Assembly: GCF_013122565.1 (NCBI RefSeq)
Contig: NZ_CP053258.1
Strand: one strand, 5' to 3'
Length of the DNA stretch: 64,000 nt
Origin: Escherichia coli
Lineage (GTDB): Bacteria; Pseudomonadota; Gammaproteobacteria; Enterobacterales; Enterobacteriaceae
A program made the position numbers and the translations under genes. Below, piece after piece: positions 27,851 through 41,903 of the stretch. The first letter of the stretch is position 1. Every line of letters begins with the position of its first letter. The notes beneath the pieces were generated by a model that worked only from the letters and a program-made list of their open reading frames with translations, did no database searches and was not told the origin of the DNA.

Positions 27851-30169
27851 ACGTTTTTTGCCCATTGCCGCCGCCAGCGCATCCATCATCGCGCTATTAC
27901 CGGCAGGCTGTGCTTCACGACCGCGTGGTTTGGCTGCCGGGCGGTTGTTCTGCGGACGTTCATTACCGCCGCCGCGACGAGCGTTGGTTTCGCCAGGCTG
28001 CTCGTCCAGACGCATGGTCAGGGCGATACGTTTACGCTGAAGATCCACTTCCAGCACTTTCACCTTCACAATGTCGCCCGCTTTCACCACGGTATGCGGA
28101 TCTTCCACAAACTTGTTCGACAATGAAGAGATGTGAACGAGGCCGTCCTGATGCACGCCGATATCGACAAACGCGCCAAAGTTGGTGACGTTGGTCACCG
28201 CACCTTCGAGGATCATACCCGGTTGCAGGTCGTTCATTGTCTCGACGCCATCGGCAAACTGAGCGGTTTTAAATTCCGGACGCGGATCGCGACCCGGTTT
28301 TTCCAGCTCTTTGATGATGTCAGTTACCGTCGGTACACCGAATTTTTCATCAGTAAAGTCAGACGCTTTCAGGTTACGCAGCTCGCTGCTGTTACCCATC
28401 AGATCTTTCAATGCCTGCTGCGTCGCCGCCAGAATGCGTTCCACCACCGGATAGGCTTCCGGGTGGACGGTAGAAGCATCCAGCGGGTTATCGCCGTGGT
28501 TAATCCGCAGGAAGCCCGCGCACTGCTCGAAGGCTTTCGGCCCCAGACGGCTCACTTTCAGCAGTTGCTGACGGTTCTGGAACTGACCGTTCTCATCGCG
28601 CCAGGCCACGATGTTTTGCGCCATCATGCGCGTCAGGCCCGCCACGCGGGTTAACAGCGGAACAGAAGCGGTGTTGAGATCGACGCCAACGGCGTTTACG
28701 CAGTCTTCTACTACTGCGTCCAGTTTGCGGGCCAGTTGCGTCTGGCTGACGTCATGCTGATACTGACCTACGCCGATAGATTTCGGATCGATTTTCACCA
28801 GCTCCGCCAGAGGATCCTGCAAACGGCGGGCGATAGACACCGCGCCTCGCAGCGAAACGTCGAGATCCGGGAACTCCTGTGCTGCCAGCTCGGAAGCCGA
28901 GTAAACCGACGCGCCAGCTTCGCTGACGATCACTTTCTGTGCGGTCACTTTCGGGAACTGCTTCTGAACGTCGAGATAGAAACGCTCAGTTTCGCGGGAA
29001 GCTGTACCGTTGCCGATTGCCACCAGTTCAACGTTATGTTTTTCACACAGCGCAGCAACGGTCATCGCTGCTTTTGCGGCTTGTCCGGTGTGCGGGTAAA
29101 TGGTATCGGTCGCCACCAGTTTGCCAGTTGCATCGACCACCGCCACTTTTACCCCGGTACGCAGACCCGGATCTAGGCCCATCGTTGCACGCAGTCCGGC
29201 TGGGGCCGCCATCAGCAGATCGTGCAGGTTACGGGCAAAGACGTTGATTGCTTCATCTTCCGCGCGTTCGCGCACGGTGCCCATCAGTTCGGTTTCCAGA
29301 TGCATCAGCACCTTGATGCGCCACGTCCAGCTCACCACGCCTTTGCGCCAGCTATCCGCCGGGGCATTGTTCAGGCGCAGGCCGAGATGATCCATGATGA
29401 TTTGCTCGCAATAGCTCTCTTTTGGCGGCTCGTCGAACTGCGGATCGGCATTCAGCGAAAGCTGGAGTACGCCTTCGTTACGACCACGGAACATCGCCAG
29501 CGCGCGGTGAGAAGGCACCGTTGACAGCGGTTCGTGATGATCGAAATAGTCACGGAATTTCGCCCCTTCCTCTTCTTTACCGCTCACCACCGTCGAAACC
29601 AGATGCGCGTTCTTCCACAGATAATCACGCACTTTTGCCAGCAGCGCGGCATCTTCGGCAAACCGTTCCATCAGGATATAGCGCGCGCCGTCCAGCGCGG
29701 CTTTGGTATCTGCCACGCCTTTATCGGCTTCAATATATTGCGCAGCGGCGACTTCTGGCGTGTGTGACGGATCGCTCCACAGCAGGTCAGCCAACGGCTC
29801 AAGCCCTGCTTCAATGGCGATTTGCCCGCGGGTGCGGCGTTTAGGTTTGTAGGGCAGGTAGAGGTCTTCGAGTTCGGTTTTGCTTAGGGTGGCGTTGATG
29901 GCCTTCGCCAGATCATCGGTGAGTTTGCCTTGCTCGGAAATGGATTTGAGGATCGCCTGACGTCTCTCTTCCAGCTCGCGCAGATAGCTCAGACGCGTTT
30001 CCAGATTACGCAGCTGCGTGTCATCCAGACCGCCGGTGATTTCCTTACGATAACGTGCGATAAACGGCACGGTATTCCCTTCGTCAAGCAGGCGAACGGC
30101 AGCGTCAACCTGTTCCGGGCGCGCCTGAATTTCACCCGCAATAATGCGGCAGAACGAATCATTCATCAT
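27848..30169 (-). CDS. yhgF: Tex-like transcription accessory protein
   Basis: 773 aa; C-terminal S1 domain. Confidence 0.95.
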   Translation of the reverse strand: MMNDSFCRIIAGEIQARPEQVDAAVRLLDEGNTVPFIARYRKEITGGLDDTQLRNLETRLSYLRELEERRQAILKSISEQGKLTDDLAKAINATLSKTELEDLYLPYKPKRRTRGQIAIEAGLEPLADLLWSDPSHTPEVAAAQYIEADKGVADTKAALDGARYILMERFAEDAALLAKVRDYLWKNAHLVSTVVSGKEEEGAKFRDYFDHHEPLSTVPSHRALAMFRGRNEGVLQLSLNADPQFDEPPKESYCEQIIMDHLGLRLNNAPADSWRKGVVSWTWRIKVLMHLETELMGTVRERAEDEAINVFARNLHDLLMAAPAGLRATMGLDPGLRTGVKVAVVDATGKLVATDTIYPHTGQAAKAAMTVAALCEKHNVELVAIGNGTASRETERFYLDVQKQFPKVTAQKVIVSEAGASVYSASELAAQEFPDLDVSLRGAVSIARRLQDPLAELVKIDPKSIGVGQYQHDVSQTQLARKLDAVVEDCVNAVGVDLNTASVPLLTRVAGLTRMMAQNIVAWRDENGQFQNRQQLLKVSRLGPKAFEQCAGFLRINHGDNPLDASTVHPEAYPVVERILAATQQALKDLMGNSSELRNLKASDFTDEKFGVPTVTDIIKELEKPGRDPRPEFKTAQFADGVETMNDLQPGMILEGAVTNVTNFGAFVDIGVHQDGLVHISSLSNKFVEDPHTVVKAGDIVKVKVLEVDLQRKRIALTMRLDEQPGETNARRGGGNERPQNNRPAAKPRGREAQPAGNSAMMDALAAAMGKKR

Positions 30170-30265
30170 GGTTTGAGTTCATCTTTTCGGATCAAAAATC
30201 AGGGGATAGTTATACGGACTGGCTGGCAAAAATGCCAGCCATCGGCAGGAGGTTAAGACTCTTCC

Positions 30266-30742
30266 TTACGGTTTCACGTACTCGATAGCATTCACATACC
30301 AGCTCGCTTCCCCGGCAGGGGTATTCACCACCGCCAAATCGCCCACCTCTTTTTTCAACAATGCGCGAGCCATCGGGGAATCGATAGAGATGTAATCTTT
30401 ACGGCCAAAAATTTCATCGTAGCCGACAATACGGAAACGGTGAGTCACGCCGTCGTCGTTTTCAATCTCCACCCACGCACCAAAAAAGACTTTGCCTTCC
30501 TGCTGCGGGGAGTAATCGACGATTTTGAGATTTTCCATGCATTTAGTGAGATAGCGCACGCGACGGTCGATTTCACGCAGACGCTTTTTATTATACTGAT
30601 AGTCAGCATTTTCGCTGCGGTCGCCCAGACTTGCGGCCCAGGTCACCTTTTTTGTGACCTCCGGGCGTTCTTCACGCCAGAGATAATTAAGCTCTTGTTT
30701 GAGTTTTTCATACCCTTCCCGGGTAACCAGGGGCGTTTTCAT
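30266..30742 (-). CDS. greB: transcript cleavage factor GreB
   Basis: MKTPLVTREGYEKL...; 158 aa. Confidence 0.95.
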   Translation of the reverse strand: MKTPLVTREGYEKLKQELNYLWREERPEVTKKVTWAASLGDRSENADYQYNKKRLREIDRRVRYLTKCMENLKIVDYSPQQEGKVFFGAWVEIENDDGVTHRFRIVGYDEIFGRKDYISIDSPMARALLKKEVGDLAVVNTPAGEASWYVNAIEYVKP

Positions 30743-30969
30743 CTCGTTGATTCCCTTTGTCTGTTTGATAATGCGCACATTGGGTATAACGTGATCATAT
30801 CAACAGAATCAATAATGTTTCGCCGAATAAATTGTATACTTAAGCTGCTGTTTAATATGCTTTGTAACAATTTAGGCTGAAATTCATACCAGATTTAGCT
30901 GGTGACGAACGTGAGCTTTTTTAAGAATACACGCTTACAAATTGTTGCGAACCTTTGGGAGTACAAACA

Positions 30970-33038
<2,069 letters not shown>

Positions 33039-33040
33039 AT

Positions 33041-33070
33041 AAAACGGGAGGCGAAGGTGCCTCCCGTTTT
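33041..33070. terminator. bidirectional intrinsic terminator (aaaacgggaggc gaaggtg cctcccgtttt)
   Basis: Perfect stem with A-run and T-run flanks; abuts envZ stop and the stop of the minus-strand antitoxin gene. Confidence 0.75.
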
Positions 33071-33366
33071 TAGATTGTTTTCAATTGATTGATAATGAAA
33101 GGATTCGCTTGCAAAAGCAGGAGCAATTTTCGAGGTGCTCCGGTAGGTTGACGGCGTTTGGTTTCCCAGCTTTTCACCAGGTCATAACTTACCCCTACGG
33201 CGACAGCAAAATCTTGCTGACGTAAACCCGTTGCTTCACGGATCGCTTTTACATCGATCTCGCTAAAAGTATGGACGTGCTCTGGTTCAGGCGTTTCTTC
33301 ACCCTTTTCGATGCGTACCATTTCTTCTGTGCTGGCAAGAAGATCAGCAAATAATTCATCTTTCAT
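33070..33366 (-). CDS. HTH (XRE-type) antitoxin, HigA-2-like
   Basis: 98 aa; immediately downstream of the toxin gene. Confidence 0.75.
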   Translation of the reverse strand: MKDELFADLLASTEEMVRIEKGEETPEPEHVHTFSEIDVKAIREATGLRQQDFAVAVGVSYDLVKSWETKRRQPTGAPRKLLLLLQANPFIINQLKTI

Positions 33367-33424
33367 CTGTTTTCAATGTCTCCGTTGGCATTTCGACCAT
33401 GGTGAAATTTGTGGAGCTTCAACA

Positions 33425-33742
33425 TTAAAGCAGCTTCTCGGACAATAGTTTCAATGCCTTTCTTTGTTCTTCTGTTAAATCATCCTGTTCATTTTTAGGA
33501 TAAATCAACGCCAGATAAATTCGGCCATTGCGTGTTACGTTGTAATAAATTATCCGAATGCCACCCCTTTTCCCCATTCCAGAACGGTTCCAGCGAATTT
33601 TTCTAAAACTGCCTGTGCCTGCGATAATGTCACCGGCAGTGGGATCTTGAATGAGTAGTTCCTGAAAAGCCCGGAACTCATCATCAGGTAGTAATAACTG
33701 GCGGCGTTTGCTAAATCCTTGTAGTTCAATAAAGGTGAACAT
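33425..33742 (-). CDS. HigB-2-like (Gp49/RelE-superfamily) toxin
   Basis: 105 aa; FRKIRW..GKRGGIRIIYY..YLALIYPKNEQDDLTEEQRK resembles Vibrio HigB-2; toxin-first gene order. Confidence 0.75.
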   Translation of the reverse strand: MFTFIELQGFSKRRQLLLPDDEFRAFQELLIQDPTAGDIIAGTGSFRKIRWNRSGMGKRGGIRIIYYNVTRNGRIYLALIYPKNEQDDLTEEQRKALKLLSEKLL

Positions 33743-33817
33743 AATGCATCCTGCGGTCTATTGATAATTATAAGTGTACCGTGTACATATTGGTAGCTAA
33801 TTAGATATAAAAAAACC

Positions 33818-33841
33818 CCTTATCCGTTTGGATAAGGGGTC
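33818..33841 (-). terminator. pckA intrinsic terminator (ccccttatcc gttt ggataagggg + T-tract on minus strand)
   Basis: Inverted repeat and T-run. Confidence 0.7.
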
Positions 33842-33858
33842 AATGAGATATCAGCTGA

Positions 33859-35481
33859 TTACAGCTTCGGACCAGCCGCTACCAACGCGGCACCCGCTGG
33901 GGTGTCGGTGTATTTATCGAAGTTGTCGATAAACAGTTTCGCCAGCGTTTCAGCTTTTTCCTGCCACTGTTCCGGGGAAGCGTATGTGTTACGCGGATCG
34001 AGAATCTTCGTGTCTACGCCCGGCAGTTCTGTTGGGATCGCCAGGTTAAACATCGGCAGAGTGAAGGTTTCTGCGTTATCCAGCGAACCGTTGAGGATGG
34101 CGTCGATAATAGCACGGGTATCTTTGATGGAGATACGTTTGCCAGTACCGTTCCAGCCGGTGTTAACCAGATACGCCTGCGCACCTGCCGCTTGCATACG
34201 TTTTACCAGCACTTCTGCGTACTGAGTCGGGTGCAGCGACAGGAACGCCGCGCCGAAGCAAGCGGAGAAGGTTGGCGTCGGTTCGGTAATGCCACGCTCA
34301 GTACCGGCCAGTTTGGCGGTGAAGCCAGAGAGGAAGTGGTACTGGGTTTGATCGGCAGTCAGACGAGAAACCGGTGGCAGCACACCAAAGGCGTCTGCGG
34401 TCAGGAAGATAACTTTAGTTGCGTGGCCCGCTTTGGAAACCGGCTTAACGATGTTATCGATGTGATAGATCGGATAAGAAACGCGGGTGTTCTCGGTTTT
34501 TGAACCATCATCAAAGTCGATAGTGCCATCTTCACGCACGGTGACGTTTTCCAGCAGCGCATCGCGACGGATAGCGTTGTAGATTTCAGGTTCCGCTTCT
34601 TTCGACAGCTTGATAGTTTTTGCGTAGCAGCCGCCTTCGAAGTTAAACACGCCGTCATCGTCCCAGCCGTGCTCGTCATCACCAATCAGGCGACGTTTCG
34701 GGTCGGTGGAAAGGGTGGTTTTACCGGTGCCGGAAAGGCCGAAGAACACCGCAACATCGCCTTTCTCGCCAACGTTGGCGGAGCAGTGCATAGAAGCGAT
34801 ACCTTTCAGCGGTAGCAGGTAGTTCATCATTGAGAACATCCCTTTCTTCATTTCGCCGCCGTACCAGGTGCCGCCAATCAGCTGCATGCGCTCGGTCAGG
34901 TTAAACGCCACGAAGTTTTCGGAGTTCAGACCCTGTTCTTTCCACTGCGGGTTAGTGCACTTCGCGCCGTTCATAACGATAAAGTCTGGTTTGAAACCTT
35001 CCAGCTCTTCATCGCTCGGGCGAATAAACATGTTTTTGACAAAATGCGCCTGCCAGGCCACTTCGGTGATGAAACGAACGGAAAGACGCGTGTCCGGGTT
35101 CGCACCACAGAAAGCGTCGACAACGAACAGACGTTTGCCGGAAAGCTGTTTGGTCACCAGGCCTTTCAGATGCTGCCAGGTTTCCGGAGAGAGAGGTTTG
35201 TTGTCGTTCTTACCTTTGCCTTTGTCTGCCCACCAGAAAGTATCGCGAGTGGTATCGTCACGGACGATATACTTATCTTTTGGTGAACGACCGGTGAAGA
35301 TCCCGGTATCGACGGCAACGGCACCCAGATTAGTTAACACCCCGCGCTCATAACCTGTCAGGCTCGGATCGAGCTCTTCCTGATACAGCAGGTCGTAGCT
35401 TGGGTTGTAAACGATATCATGTACGTCACTGATACCATAAGCCTCGAGTTCTTGCGGGGTCAAACCATTGTTAACGCGCAT
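33859..35481 (-). CDS. pckA: phosphoenolpyruvate carboxykinase (ATP)
   Basis: [17 protein letters not shown]...; 540 aa. Confidence 0.96.
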   Translation of the reverse strand: MRVNNGLTPQELEAYGISDVHDIVYNPSYDLLYQEELDPSLTGYERGVLTNLGAVAVDTGIFTGRSPKDKYIVRDDTTRDTFWWADKGKGKNDNKPLSPETWQHLKGLVTKQLSGKRLFVVDAFCGANPDTRLSVRFITEVAWQAHFVKNMFIRPSDEELEGFKPDFIVMNGAKCTNPQWKEQGLNSENFVAFNLTERMQLIGGTWYGGEMKKGMFSMMNYLLPLKGIASMHCSANVGEKGDVAVFFGLSGTGKTTLSTDPKRRLIGDDEHGWDDDGVFNFEGGCYAKTIKLSKEAEPEIYNAIRRDALLENVTVREDGTIDFDDGSKTENTRVSYPIYHIDNIVKPVSKAGHATKVIFLTADAFGVLPPVSRLTADQTQYHFLSGFTAKLAGTERGITEPTPTFSACFGAAFLSLHPTQYAEVLVKRMQAAGAQAYLVNTGWNGTGKRISIKDTRAIIDAILNGSLDNAETFTLPMFNLAIPTELPGVDTKILDPRNTYASPEQWQEKAETLAKLFIDNFDKYTDTPAGAALVAAGPKL

Positions 35482-35701
35482 TTCACTGCTCCTTAGCCAA
35501 TATGTATTGCCTGAATAGTAAAGTCTTTTTGGGGGTGTTAACCGCGACAAGGCTCATAGATTTACGTATCTGGAGAAATTCATATTTGACAAAAAACTCC
35601 GTGATTCCTGTCACGAAACGGTTGCTATTATCGCAGAAATAGCATTTTAGGTGTGGAAAATGTTCTTAAAAGGTTAAATCTTGGTTTATATGGCGGGAAT
35701 A

Positions 35702-35717
35702 TTGTGAGTGAAATCGC
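35702..35717 (-). promoter_or_regulatory. CRP-like site (tgtgagtgaaatcgca) in the pckA upstream region
   Basis: TGTGA-N6-TCGCA, about 220 bp upstream of the pckA start. Confidence 0.3.
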
Positions 35718-35860
35718 ATTCCGGAATGAAATTAATGCAAATTCAATCAGTAAAGTATCGATTCACCACGCTAACTTTTTTTTGATTATTTTTTGGAAAA
35801 AGCAAAATACTACTGCCCGGATGCGATAATTAACCCACCTTTTGATTCTGGATAACCAAC

Positions 35861-37585
35861 ATGGATAACGTTGAACTTTCACCGGCAACACGCTGGGGGA
35901 TGATTGCTACCGGATTACTTCAGGGGCTGGTTTGCTACCTGCTGATCGCCTGGCTTGCCGGAAAAAATCACAGTTGGATTGTTTATGGCGTGCCTGCGAC
36001 CGTCGCGTTTTCATCCGTTTTACTCTTCTCCGTGATCTCTTTTAAACAGAAGCGCCTTTGGGGATGGCTGGCGCTGGTGTTTATTGCCACGCTGGGGATG
36101 AGCGGCTGGCTGAAGTGGCAAACTGATGGCATGAACCACTGGAGAGCTGAAAAGGCGCTTTGGGATTTTGGCTGCTATCTGCTGCTGATGGCAATGTTGT
36201 TGCTACCGTGGATACAACAAAGCCTTCGCATCCGCAATGACAGTAGCCGCTATAGCTACTTTTACCAGTCAGTATGGCATAACGTACTTATATTACTGGT
36301 GATTTTTCTCGCCAATGGCCTGACGTGGCTGGTGCTTTTACTGTGGGGTGAGTTGTTTAAACTTGTTGGCATCACGTTTTTCAATACGCTCTTTTTTGCA
36401 ACCGACTGGTTTATGTATCTTACCTTAGGTCTGGTTACCGCGCTGGCGGTGATCCTCGCGCGAACACAGTCACGTTTAATCGACTCTATTCAAAAGTTGT
36501 TCACGCTAATCGCCACGGGGTTGCTGCCGTTAGTATCATTGCTAACCCTGATGTTTATCATCACCCTGCCGTTTACGGGCCTGAGCGCGATTTCTCGCCA
36601 CATCTCCGCCGCCGGGTTGCTGTTAACGCTGGCCTTTTTGCAATTGATCTTAATGGCTATTGTCCGCGATCCGCAAAAAGCGTCACTTCCCTGGACGGGG
36701 CCGTTGCGTTGCCTGATTAAAACCGCTCTGCTGGTTGCTCCGCTGTATGTGTTCATCGCCGCCTGGGCGTTATGGCTGCGGGTCGCTCAGTACGGCTGGA
36801 CTGTCGACCGCTTGCAGGGCGCGCTGGCGGTGCTGGTGTTACTGGTATGGTCGCTGGGGTATTTTGTCAGTACCGTCTGGCGGAAAGGGCAAAATCCCCT
36901 TGTTCTTCAGGGAAAAGTGAACCTTGCGGTTTCGTTATTCGTGTTGGTAATACTGGTGCTTCTTAATTCGCCGGTGCTGGACAGTATGCGCATTAGCGTG
37001 AACAGTCATATGGCGCGTTATCAGAGCGGCAAAAACACGCCAGACCAGGTAACTATCTACATGCTCGAACACAACGGTCGCTATGGACGTGCGGCGCTTG
37101 AGTCGCTGAAAAGCGATGCCGAGTATATGAAAGACCCGAAACGCGCGCGGGATCTGCTGATGGCGTTAGATGGGGAGCAACAACTTCATGAACAGGTATC
37201 GGAAAAAGTATTAGCCGATAATGTGTTAATTGCCCCTGGTTCTGGTAAACCGGATGCGACATTCTGGTCGGCTTTAATCCAGGATCGCTATAACGTGATG
37301 ACCTGCATTGAAAAAGACGCCTGCGTACTGGTCGAGCAAGATCTGAATAGTGATGGTCAGGCGGAGCGGATCCTGTTTGCTTTTAATGATGACAGAGTCA
37401 TTGTCTATGGCTTTGACTCAGACAGAAAAGAATGGGACGCGCTTGATATGAGTTTACTTCCGAACGAAATAACGAAAGAAAAATTACTCACAGCTGCGAA
37501 GGATGGAAAACTGGGGACGAAGCCGAAAGCGTGGCGCGATCTGAGGGTAGATGGTGAAACGCTGGAAATAAACTTAAGTAAGTGA
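35861..37585 (+). CDS. yhgE: inner-membrane protein YhgE
   Basis: 574 aa polytopic. Confidence 0.9.
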   Translation: MDNVELSPATRWGMIATGLLQGLVCYLLIAWLAGKNHSWIVYGVPATVAFSSVLLFSVISFKQKRLWGWLALVFIATLGMSGWLKWQTDGMNHWRAEKALWDFGCYLLLMAMLLLPWIQQSLRIRNDSSRYSYFYQSVWHNVLILLVIFLANGLTWLVLLLWGELFKLVGITFFNTLFFATDWFMYLTLGLVTALAVILARTQSRLIDSIQKLFTLIATGLLPLVSLLTLMFIITLPFTGLSAISRHISAAGLLLTLAFLQLILMAIVRDPQKASLPWTGPLRCLIKTALLVAPLYVFIAAWALWLRVAQYGWTVDRLQGALAVLVLLVWSLGYFVSTVWRKGQNPLVLQGKVNLAVSLFVLVILVLLNSPVLDSMRISVNSHMARYQSGKNTPDQVTIYMLEHNGRYGRAALESLKSDAEYMKDPKRARDLLMALDGEQQLHEQVSEKVLADNVLIAPGSGKPDATFWSALIQDRYNVMTCIEKDACVLVEQDLNSDGQAERILFAFNDDRVIVYGFDSDRKEWDALDMSLLPNEITKEKLLTAAKDGKLGTKPKAWRDLRVDGETLEINLSK

Positions 37586-37646
37586 CAACGCTTTTAACGG
37601 ATACGACGCTGTATCTGACCAATAATAACTTGCGATTTATTTCATA

Positions 37647-37672
37647 GCCCTGGTAAGCGCAGCGCATCAGGC
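37647..37672. repeat. REP-like unit
   Basis: gccctggtaagcgcagcgcatcaggcc. Confidence 0.5.
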
Positions 37673-37688
37673 CATTACGTCGTAAAAT

Positions 37689-37710
37689 CCGGCAGAGCCC
37701 TCTCTGCCGG
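37689..37710 (-). terminator. hairpin ccggcagag ccct ctctgccgg downstream of hslO
   Basis: Perfect 9-bp stem. Confidence 0.5.
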
Positions 37711-37719
37711 ACATACTCA

Positions 37720-38604
37720 TTAATGAACTTGCGGATCTGCCGGAGACGCGTTGTTGCGGATTTCAGCAATATCCATCGCATTGAACAGATAGTGGTTACC
37801 GCAGTAATCACAATGCATGTCAATTTCGCCATCTTCCGCCAGGATGCTATCGACTTCTTCATCAGGCAGTGTTTTCAGCGCATCGGCGCAACGTTCACGC
37901 GAGCAGGTGCATTTGAACTCCACATCCTGCGGATCGTAAACCGTCACCTCTTCTTCGTGATACAAACGCCACAACACTTCGTTTGCCGGTAAGGTCAGCA
38001 GTTCTTCGGTTTTGATGGTTTCGGTTAGCGTCGCCAGGTGGTCAAAGTCGTCCTGCTGGGCATTTTGCGCAGGCATTACCTGCAACAACATACCGCCCGC
38101 AGCCGGTTTGCCGTCTACGTCGCCGGTGCGAATAAACAGGCGCGTCGGCAGCTGTTCAGAACGCATAAAGTAATCTTCCAGGCAGGCTGCCAGGGTATCA
38201 CCTTCCAGACCAACCACGCCCTGATAGCGTTCGCCTTCGCTAGGGGTGATGGTGATCACCACGTAACCATTGCCGACCAGCGTTTTCAGGTCGGCATTTT
38301 CTGGAATTTCGCCCTGCACGCGCGCCACACCGCGCATCTGCTGGTTGTTGTTACCGTTAATAACCGCCAGATTCATCGGACCGTCGCCTTGCAGCTGTAC
38401 GGTGATATCACCATTAAACTTCAGCGTAGCGGTTAACAGGCTGGTCGCAACCAGCAGTTCTGCCAGCACGTTTTTAACGGGCTGCGGATAATCGTGATTC
38501 TCAAGGATCTGTTGCAGGGTTTCCGAAACGGTTACCAGTTCGCCGCGCACGGCAAAGTTTTCAAACAGATAGCGATGTAATTGGTCATGTTGCGGCATAA
38601 TCAT
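37720..38604 (-). CDS. hslO: redox-regulated chaperone Hsp33
   Basis: C-terminal CxC...CxxC zinc centre; true start may be 2 codons downstream (MPQHDQ). Confidence 0.95.
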   Translation of the reverse strand: MIMPQHDQLHRYLFENFAVRGELVTVSETLQQILENHDYPQPVKNVLAELLVATSLLTATLKFNGDITVQLQGDGPMNLAVINGNNNQQMRGVARVQGEIPENADLKTLVGNGYVVITITPSEGERYQGVVGLEGDTLAACLEDYFMRSEQLPTRLFIRTGDVDGKPAAGGMLLQVMPAQNAQQDDFDHLATLTETIKTEELLTLPANEVLWRLYHEEEVTVYDPQDVEFKCTCSRERCADALKTLPDEEVDSILAEDGEIDMHCDYCGNHYLFNAMDIAEIRNNASPADPQVH

Positions 38605-38622
38605 CTCTCTTGCAGGTGACAG

Positions 38623-39024
38623 TTATTCACTGTCGCCGTGTTTAAATCGTAACAGGTCGCGGCGCTCTTTTTTGTCTGGGCGTCGGTCCGGGTGCGGCAT
38701 GGTTAAGGCATTAAGTTTACGTGCCAGCGCCATTTTTTCGCGTTTCTCTACACTTTCCGCAGTCTCTTCATACAGCAAGGCTGCCTCGCTGGCGGGGCGA
38801 CGCTGTTCAGTAATCGCCTTTACAATCACCGTGCGTTCGTCATTTCCCTGGCGCAGAGTGAGCGTGGCATTCAGCTCGACGATTTTGCTCGGCTTGCTGC
38901 GCTGCCCGTTGTAATGCACCTTACCGCCTTCAATCATTTCACGGGCCAGCGCGCGGGTTTTATAAAAACGGGCAGCCCATAGCCATTTATCCAGTCGAAC
39001 CTCAACAGCAGGTTTTTCTTTCAT
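38623..39024 (-). CDS. hslR: ribosome-associated heat shock protein Hsp15
   Basis: 133 aa; S4-like. Confidence 0.95.
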   Translation of the reverse strand: MKEKPAVEVRLDKWLWAARFYKTRALAREMIEGGKVHYNGQRSKPSKIVELNATLTLRQGNDERTVIVKAITEQRRPASEAALLYEETAESVEKREKMALARKLNALTMPHPDRRPDKKERRDLLRFKHGDSE

Positions 39025-39034
39025 GGCGTCTCCT

Positions 39035-39703
39035 TCACATTAGCGAGGGGATCAGGCGGCGGTAGTCATTCAGTGACGGATGGCGTTGATACTGTTTCTC
39101 GGCAATCCCTGAGTCAGGATTAGTCACGCCGAGGCAGTAACGAATACCAAATTGCGCGGCAGCATCGAGAATCGCTTCGCTGTCATCAATAAACAGCGTT
39201 CTTTCAGCTTTCAGACCCGTAGCTTCGGCCACCGCATGCCATAACCGCTGATCCTCTTTCGGATAACCAAATGTGTGGGTGGAAAGTAATAAATCAAGGT
39301 GTGCGTCCAGACCGGTATGCTCAAGTTTTACCGCCAGGTTGTGCGGATGCGCATTGGTGAGCAAAATTCGCTGCTTACCGCTGGCTTTCAGTGCCTCAAG
39401 AAACGGAATGGTATCTTCACGCAGTACGGCGCGCGGTCCCATCTCGGTGGTCATCGCACAGATATCCAGACCCAGTTGCTCACTCCAGTAATCAAGACAG
39501 TACCAGTTTAGCGTATGCTGTACGTCGTGATATTGCTGGCGCATATATTCCATCGCTTCCTGTGGCGTAACCCCGTTTTTCGCGCCCCATGTTTCAGGCA
39601 CCAGCTTTTGCCAGAAATAGTTATCGAAGGCGAGGTCGAGCAACGTGCCGTCCATATCCAGCAGAACGGTATCTACGTCCTGCCAGGCAATGTTGATATG
39701 CAT
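39035..39703 (-). CDS. yrfG: HAD-superfamily nucleotidase YrfG
   Basis: DMDGTL HAD motif; 222 aa. Confidence 0.92.
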   Translation of the reverse strand: MHINIAWQDVDTVLLDMDGTLLDLAFDNYFWQKLVPETWGAKNGVTPQEAMEYMRQQYHDVQHTLNWYCLDYWSEQLGLDICAMTTEMGPRAVLREDTIPFLEALKASGKQRILLTNAHPHNLAVKLEHTGLDAHLDLLLSTHTFGYPKEDQRLWHAVAEATGLKAERTLFIDDSEAILDAAAQFGIRYCLGVTNPDSGIAEKQYQRHPSLNDYRRLIPSLM

Positions 39704-39767
39704 GAGGGAAATCTCCAGAGTGAAGCAATTTGCGCGACAGGGTAGCATAACCTGCCGCGCAAACGTG

Positions 39768-41903
39768 TTATTCGATAAGGCTTTCTGAAGGGGTGATCAG
39801 TTGCGGGTTCAGGCAGCTTTCATAATAGGCCTGAATCTCCATCATGCGAGTGCGATGACGCTGGTAACGACGCCAGGCCTGTACGCCATTGTAAATGGCG
39901 CTACCCAGCATCGTCAGTAGCAGCAATGTGGTGCTGAGATAGCGCCACAGGCCGGAACGATCCGGGATCGGATGAAGGCCTATATGCTGCGTACCATTGG
40001 CGTCAGTGAAGATTTTTGTGACGATACCCTCGGCGTTAAACGGCGTATGCATCAGCATTTGTGCCAGTTTCTGGAAAGCGTTCCACTGTTCTTGCGGCGG
40101 GTAGTCGTAAAGTGATGCCGAAGGCCAGGGCTGATCAACAAAATCGCTGCCTTCGTCGCTGACAATCAGGAATCCGCCGGGGGCCGGACTGTTTAGTGAT
40201 TGCGCCGCTCGCGCCGTTTCATGCGTGATAAACGGCGCGGTGGAGGTTGCCACCAGGTTATCCAGCGATTCTGCACTCACCGGGCGTAATAACACATTCA
40301 CGCCATCGAGTTTCCCGGCGTTGGCGCGTTTTACCAGCGCGTCCCAGTCTTTACTATTGCCGAGATTGACCAGCGCATTTTTCAGTCGCACACAGTCATC
40401 TTTGGCAGAACACAGATCCGCTGTCTTCAGTACAATGTCGCCAAAATCATCAAGCAATACCATGCCGGATTTTTGAATTGCTGAACGTAATGAGGCGCTG
40501 ACGCGAGATTCATCTTCCGGTTTAGGGTGCAGCTGGCGATTAACTGCTTCGGTCAATGCCGTCGCTTTATTGACCAGTTCAGATTCTGGTAATGGCAATG
40601 AGCGGGCGTCGTTCCAGATGATCTGCGAGCAGTCAAACGGTAAAAAAGGTGAATTGGTTTTCGCGCTCCAGGTTCCGGAAGTGCGAATATTACACATTCC
40701 CGTACCGCTAATACGCAATGTATCGCCTACCCGCACGCCAGCGTCAGCCAGTTGTTTTACGCTGGTGGCTTCAATGGTCTGCGCGCCTTTCATCCATGAG
40801 AGAGTGAATTTCAGCGGCATATCCAGCGGGATCCAGAATAACAGCATAAACAGCACCAGCAGCGAGCCCGCAGCGATAATCGTACTGCGCAGCCAGTGCT
40901 GTAACGGAAAGTTTTTTACTTCATCATGCAGCGAAAGATATCGTCCCTGACGCACTACGTGGCGGTCGAGATAGATATCAATATCGGTTTGTTGACCGAG
41001 ATCCTGAGCAATGTATGGCTGCCAGTGTGCGGGATAGACCAGGTCGATAATACCGAGTGAAATATTGTTGATCTGTTCCTGATCGTTTTCGCCAAACAAT
41101 CCCCAACGACGGGGTGTACCGCGCAGACAATGAATTTCCCGCAGGGAGGATTTTGCCGGGGGGGCGAATAGCCCCCACAGACCTGCGCCCAGCAGCAGTA
41201 ATGCGCCGCCTGCCAGCCACGGAACAAATACATCCGGAGTAATCAGGCAGAAAAAGAACATCAGGAAAGAGGCGACGATCAGCAACGCTTCACGCAGCCC
41301 GCGCGGACGACTCAGCGCATATTCTTCATGCGTTTCTTTGCGAATATTGAGTAGCTCGATTTGCTCACTCTCTTCTCCGCGAATCGACGCCTGCGTTGAC
41401 GGAACAGGTTGCAAGGCATAGCCGCGCGTTTCCTGCATGTACTCCTGCAGCGTATGACCGTTGAGTGAAATAACCAGCGGCAGCGAATCGGTATGAATCA
41501 GTTCAACGGTATTCTCATCGTTGATGTACTGTTCCCAGAAAGGGGGCAAGTGGACTTCTACCGAATCGAGGTAGTAACGCCATTTATTCGGATCGTCGGT
41601 AGAGATGCCGTAACGCGTGATAGCGTGTGTCAGCATCATGACGTTGTTGCTTTCGGCATTCAGCGCCAGAGAGATCGGTGCCGCGCTGGCTCCCGTTGGG
41701 CCAGGCACCTGTAATACCTGCGTCAGGCTCTCAAGATAATTTTCAACGGCGCTACGTTCTTCAGGTGTGAGTTTACGCGTTTGCGCATCCGCGAAGGCGT
41801 TGGTCCAGGGCAGCTGACGCCGTCTGGATCGCACTTTTATCAGCCATCCCGCAAGTAGTGAGCAGGCCAGCAAAGCAGCTAAAAAAATCACAATGGTGCT
41901 CAT
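39768..41903 (-). CDS. igaA: Rcs-system negative regulator IgaA (YrfF)
   Basis: 711 aa membrane protein. Confidence 0.94.
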   Translation of the reverse strand: MSTIVIFLAALLACSLLAGWLIKVRSRRRQLPWTNAFADAQTRKLTPEERSAVENYLESLTQVLQVPGPTGASAAPISLALNAESNNVMMLTHAITRYGISTDDPNKWRYYLDSVEVHLPPFWEQYINDENTVELIHTDSLPLVISLNGHTLQEYMQETRGYALQPVPSTQASIRGEESEQIELLNIRKETHEEYALSRPRGLREALLIVASFLMFFFCLITPDVFVPWLAGGALLLLGAGLWGLFAPPAKSSLREIHCLRGTPRRWGLFGENDQEQINNISLGIIDLVYPAHWQPYIAQDLGQQTDIDIYLDRHVVRQGRYLSLHDEVKNFPLQHWLRSTIIAAGSLLVLFMLLFWIPLDMPLKFTLSWMKGAQTIEATSVKQLADAGVRVGDTLRISGTGMCNIRTSGTWSAKTNSPFLPFDCSQIIWNDARSLPLPESELVNKATALTEAVNRQLHPKPEDESRVSASLRSAIQKSGMVLLDDFGDIVLKTADLCSAKDDCVRLKNALVNLGNSKDWDALVKRANAGKLDGVNVLLRPVSAESLDNLVATSTAPFITHETARAAQSLNSPAPGGFLIVSDEGSDFVDQPWPSASLYDYPPQEQWNAFQKLAQMLMHTPFNAEGIVTKIFTDANGTQHIGLHPIPDRSGLWRYLSTTLLLLTMLGSAIYNGVQAWRRYQRHRTRMMEIQAYYESCLNPQLITPSESLIE

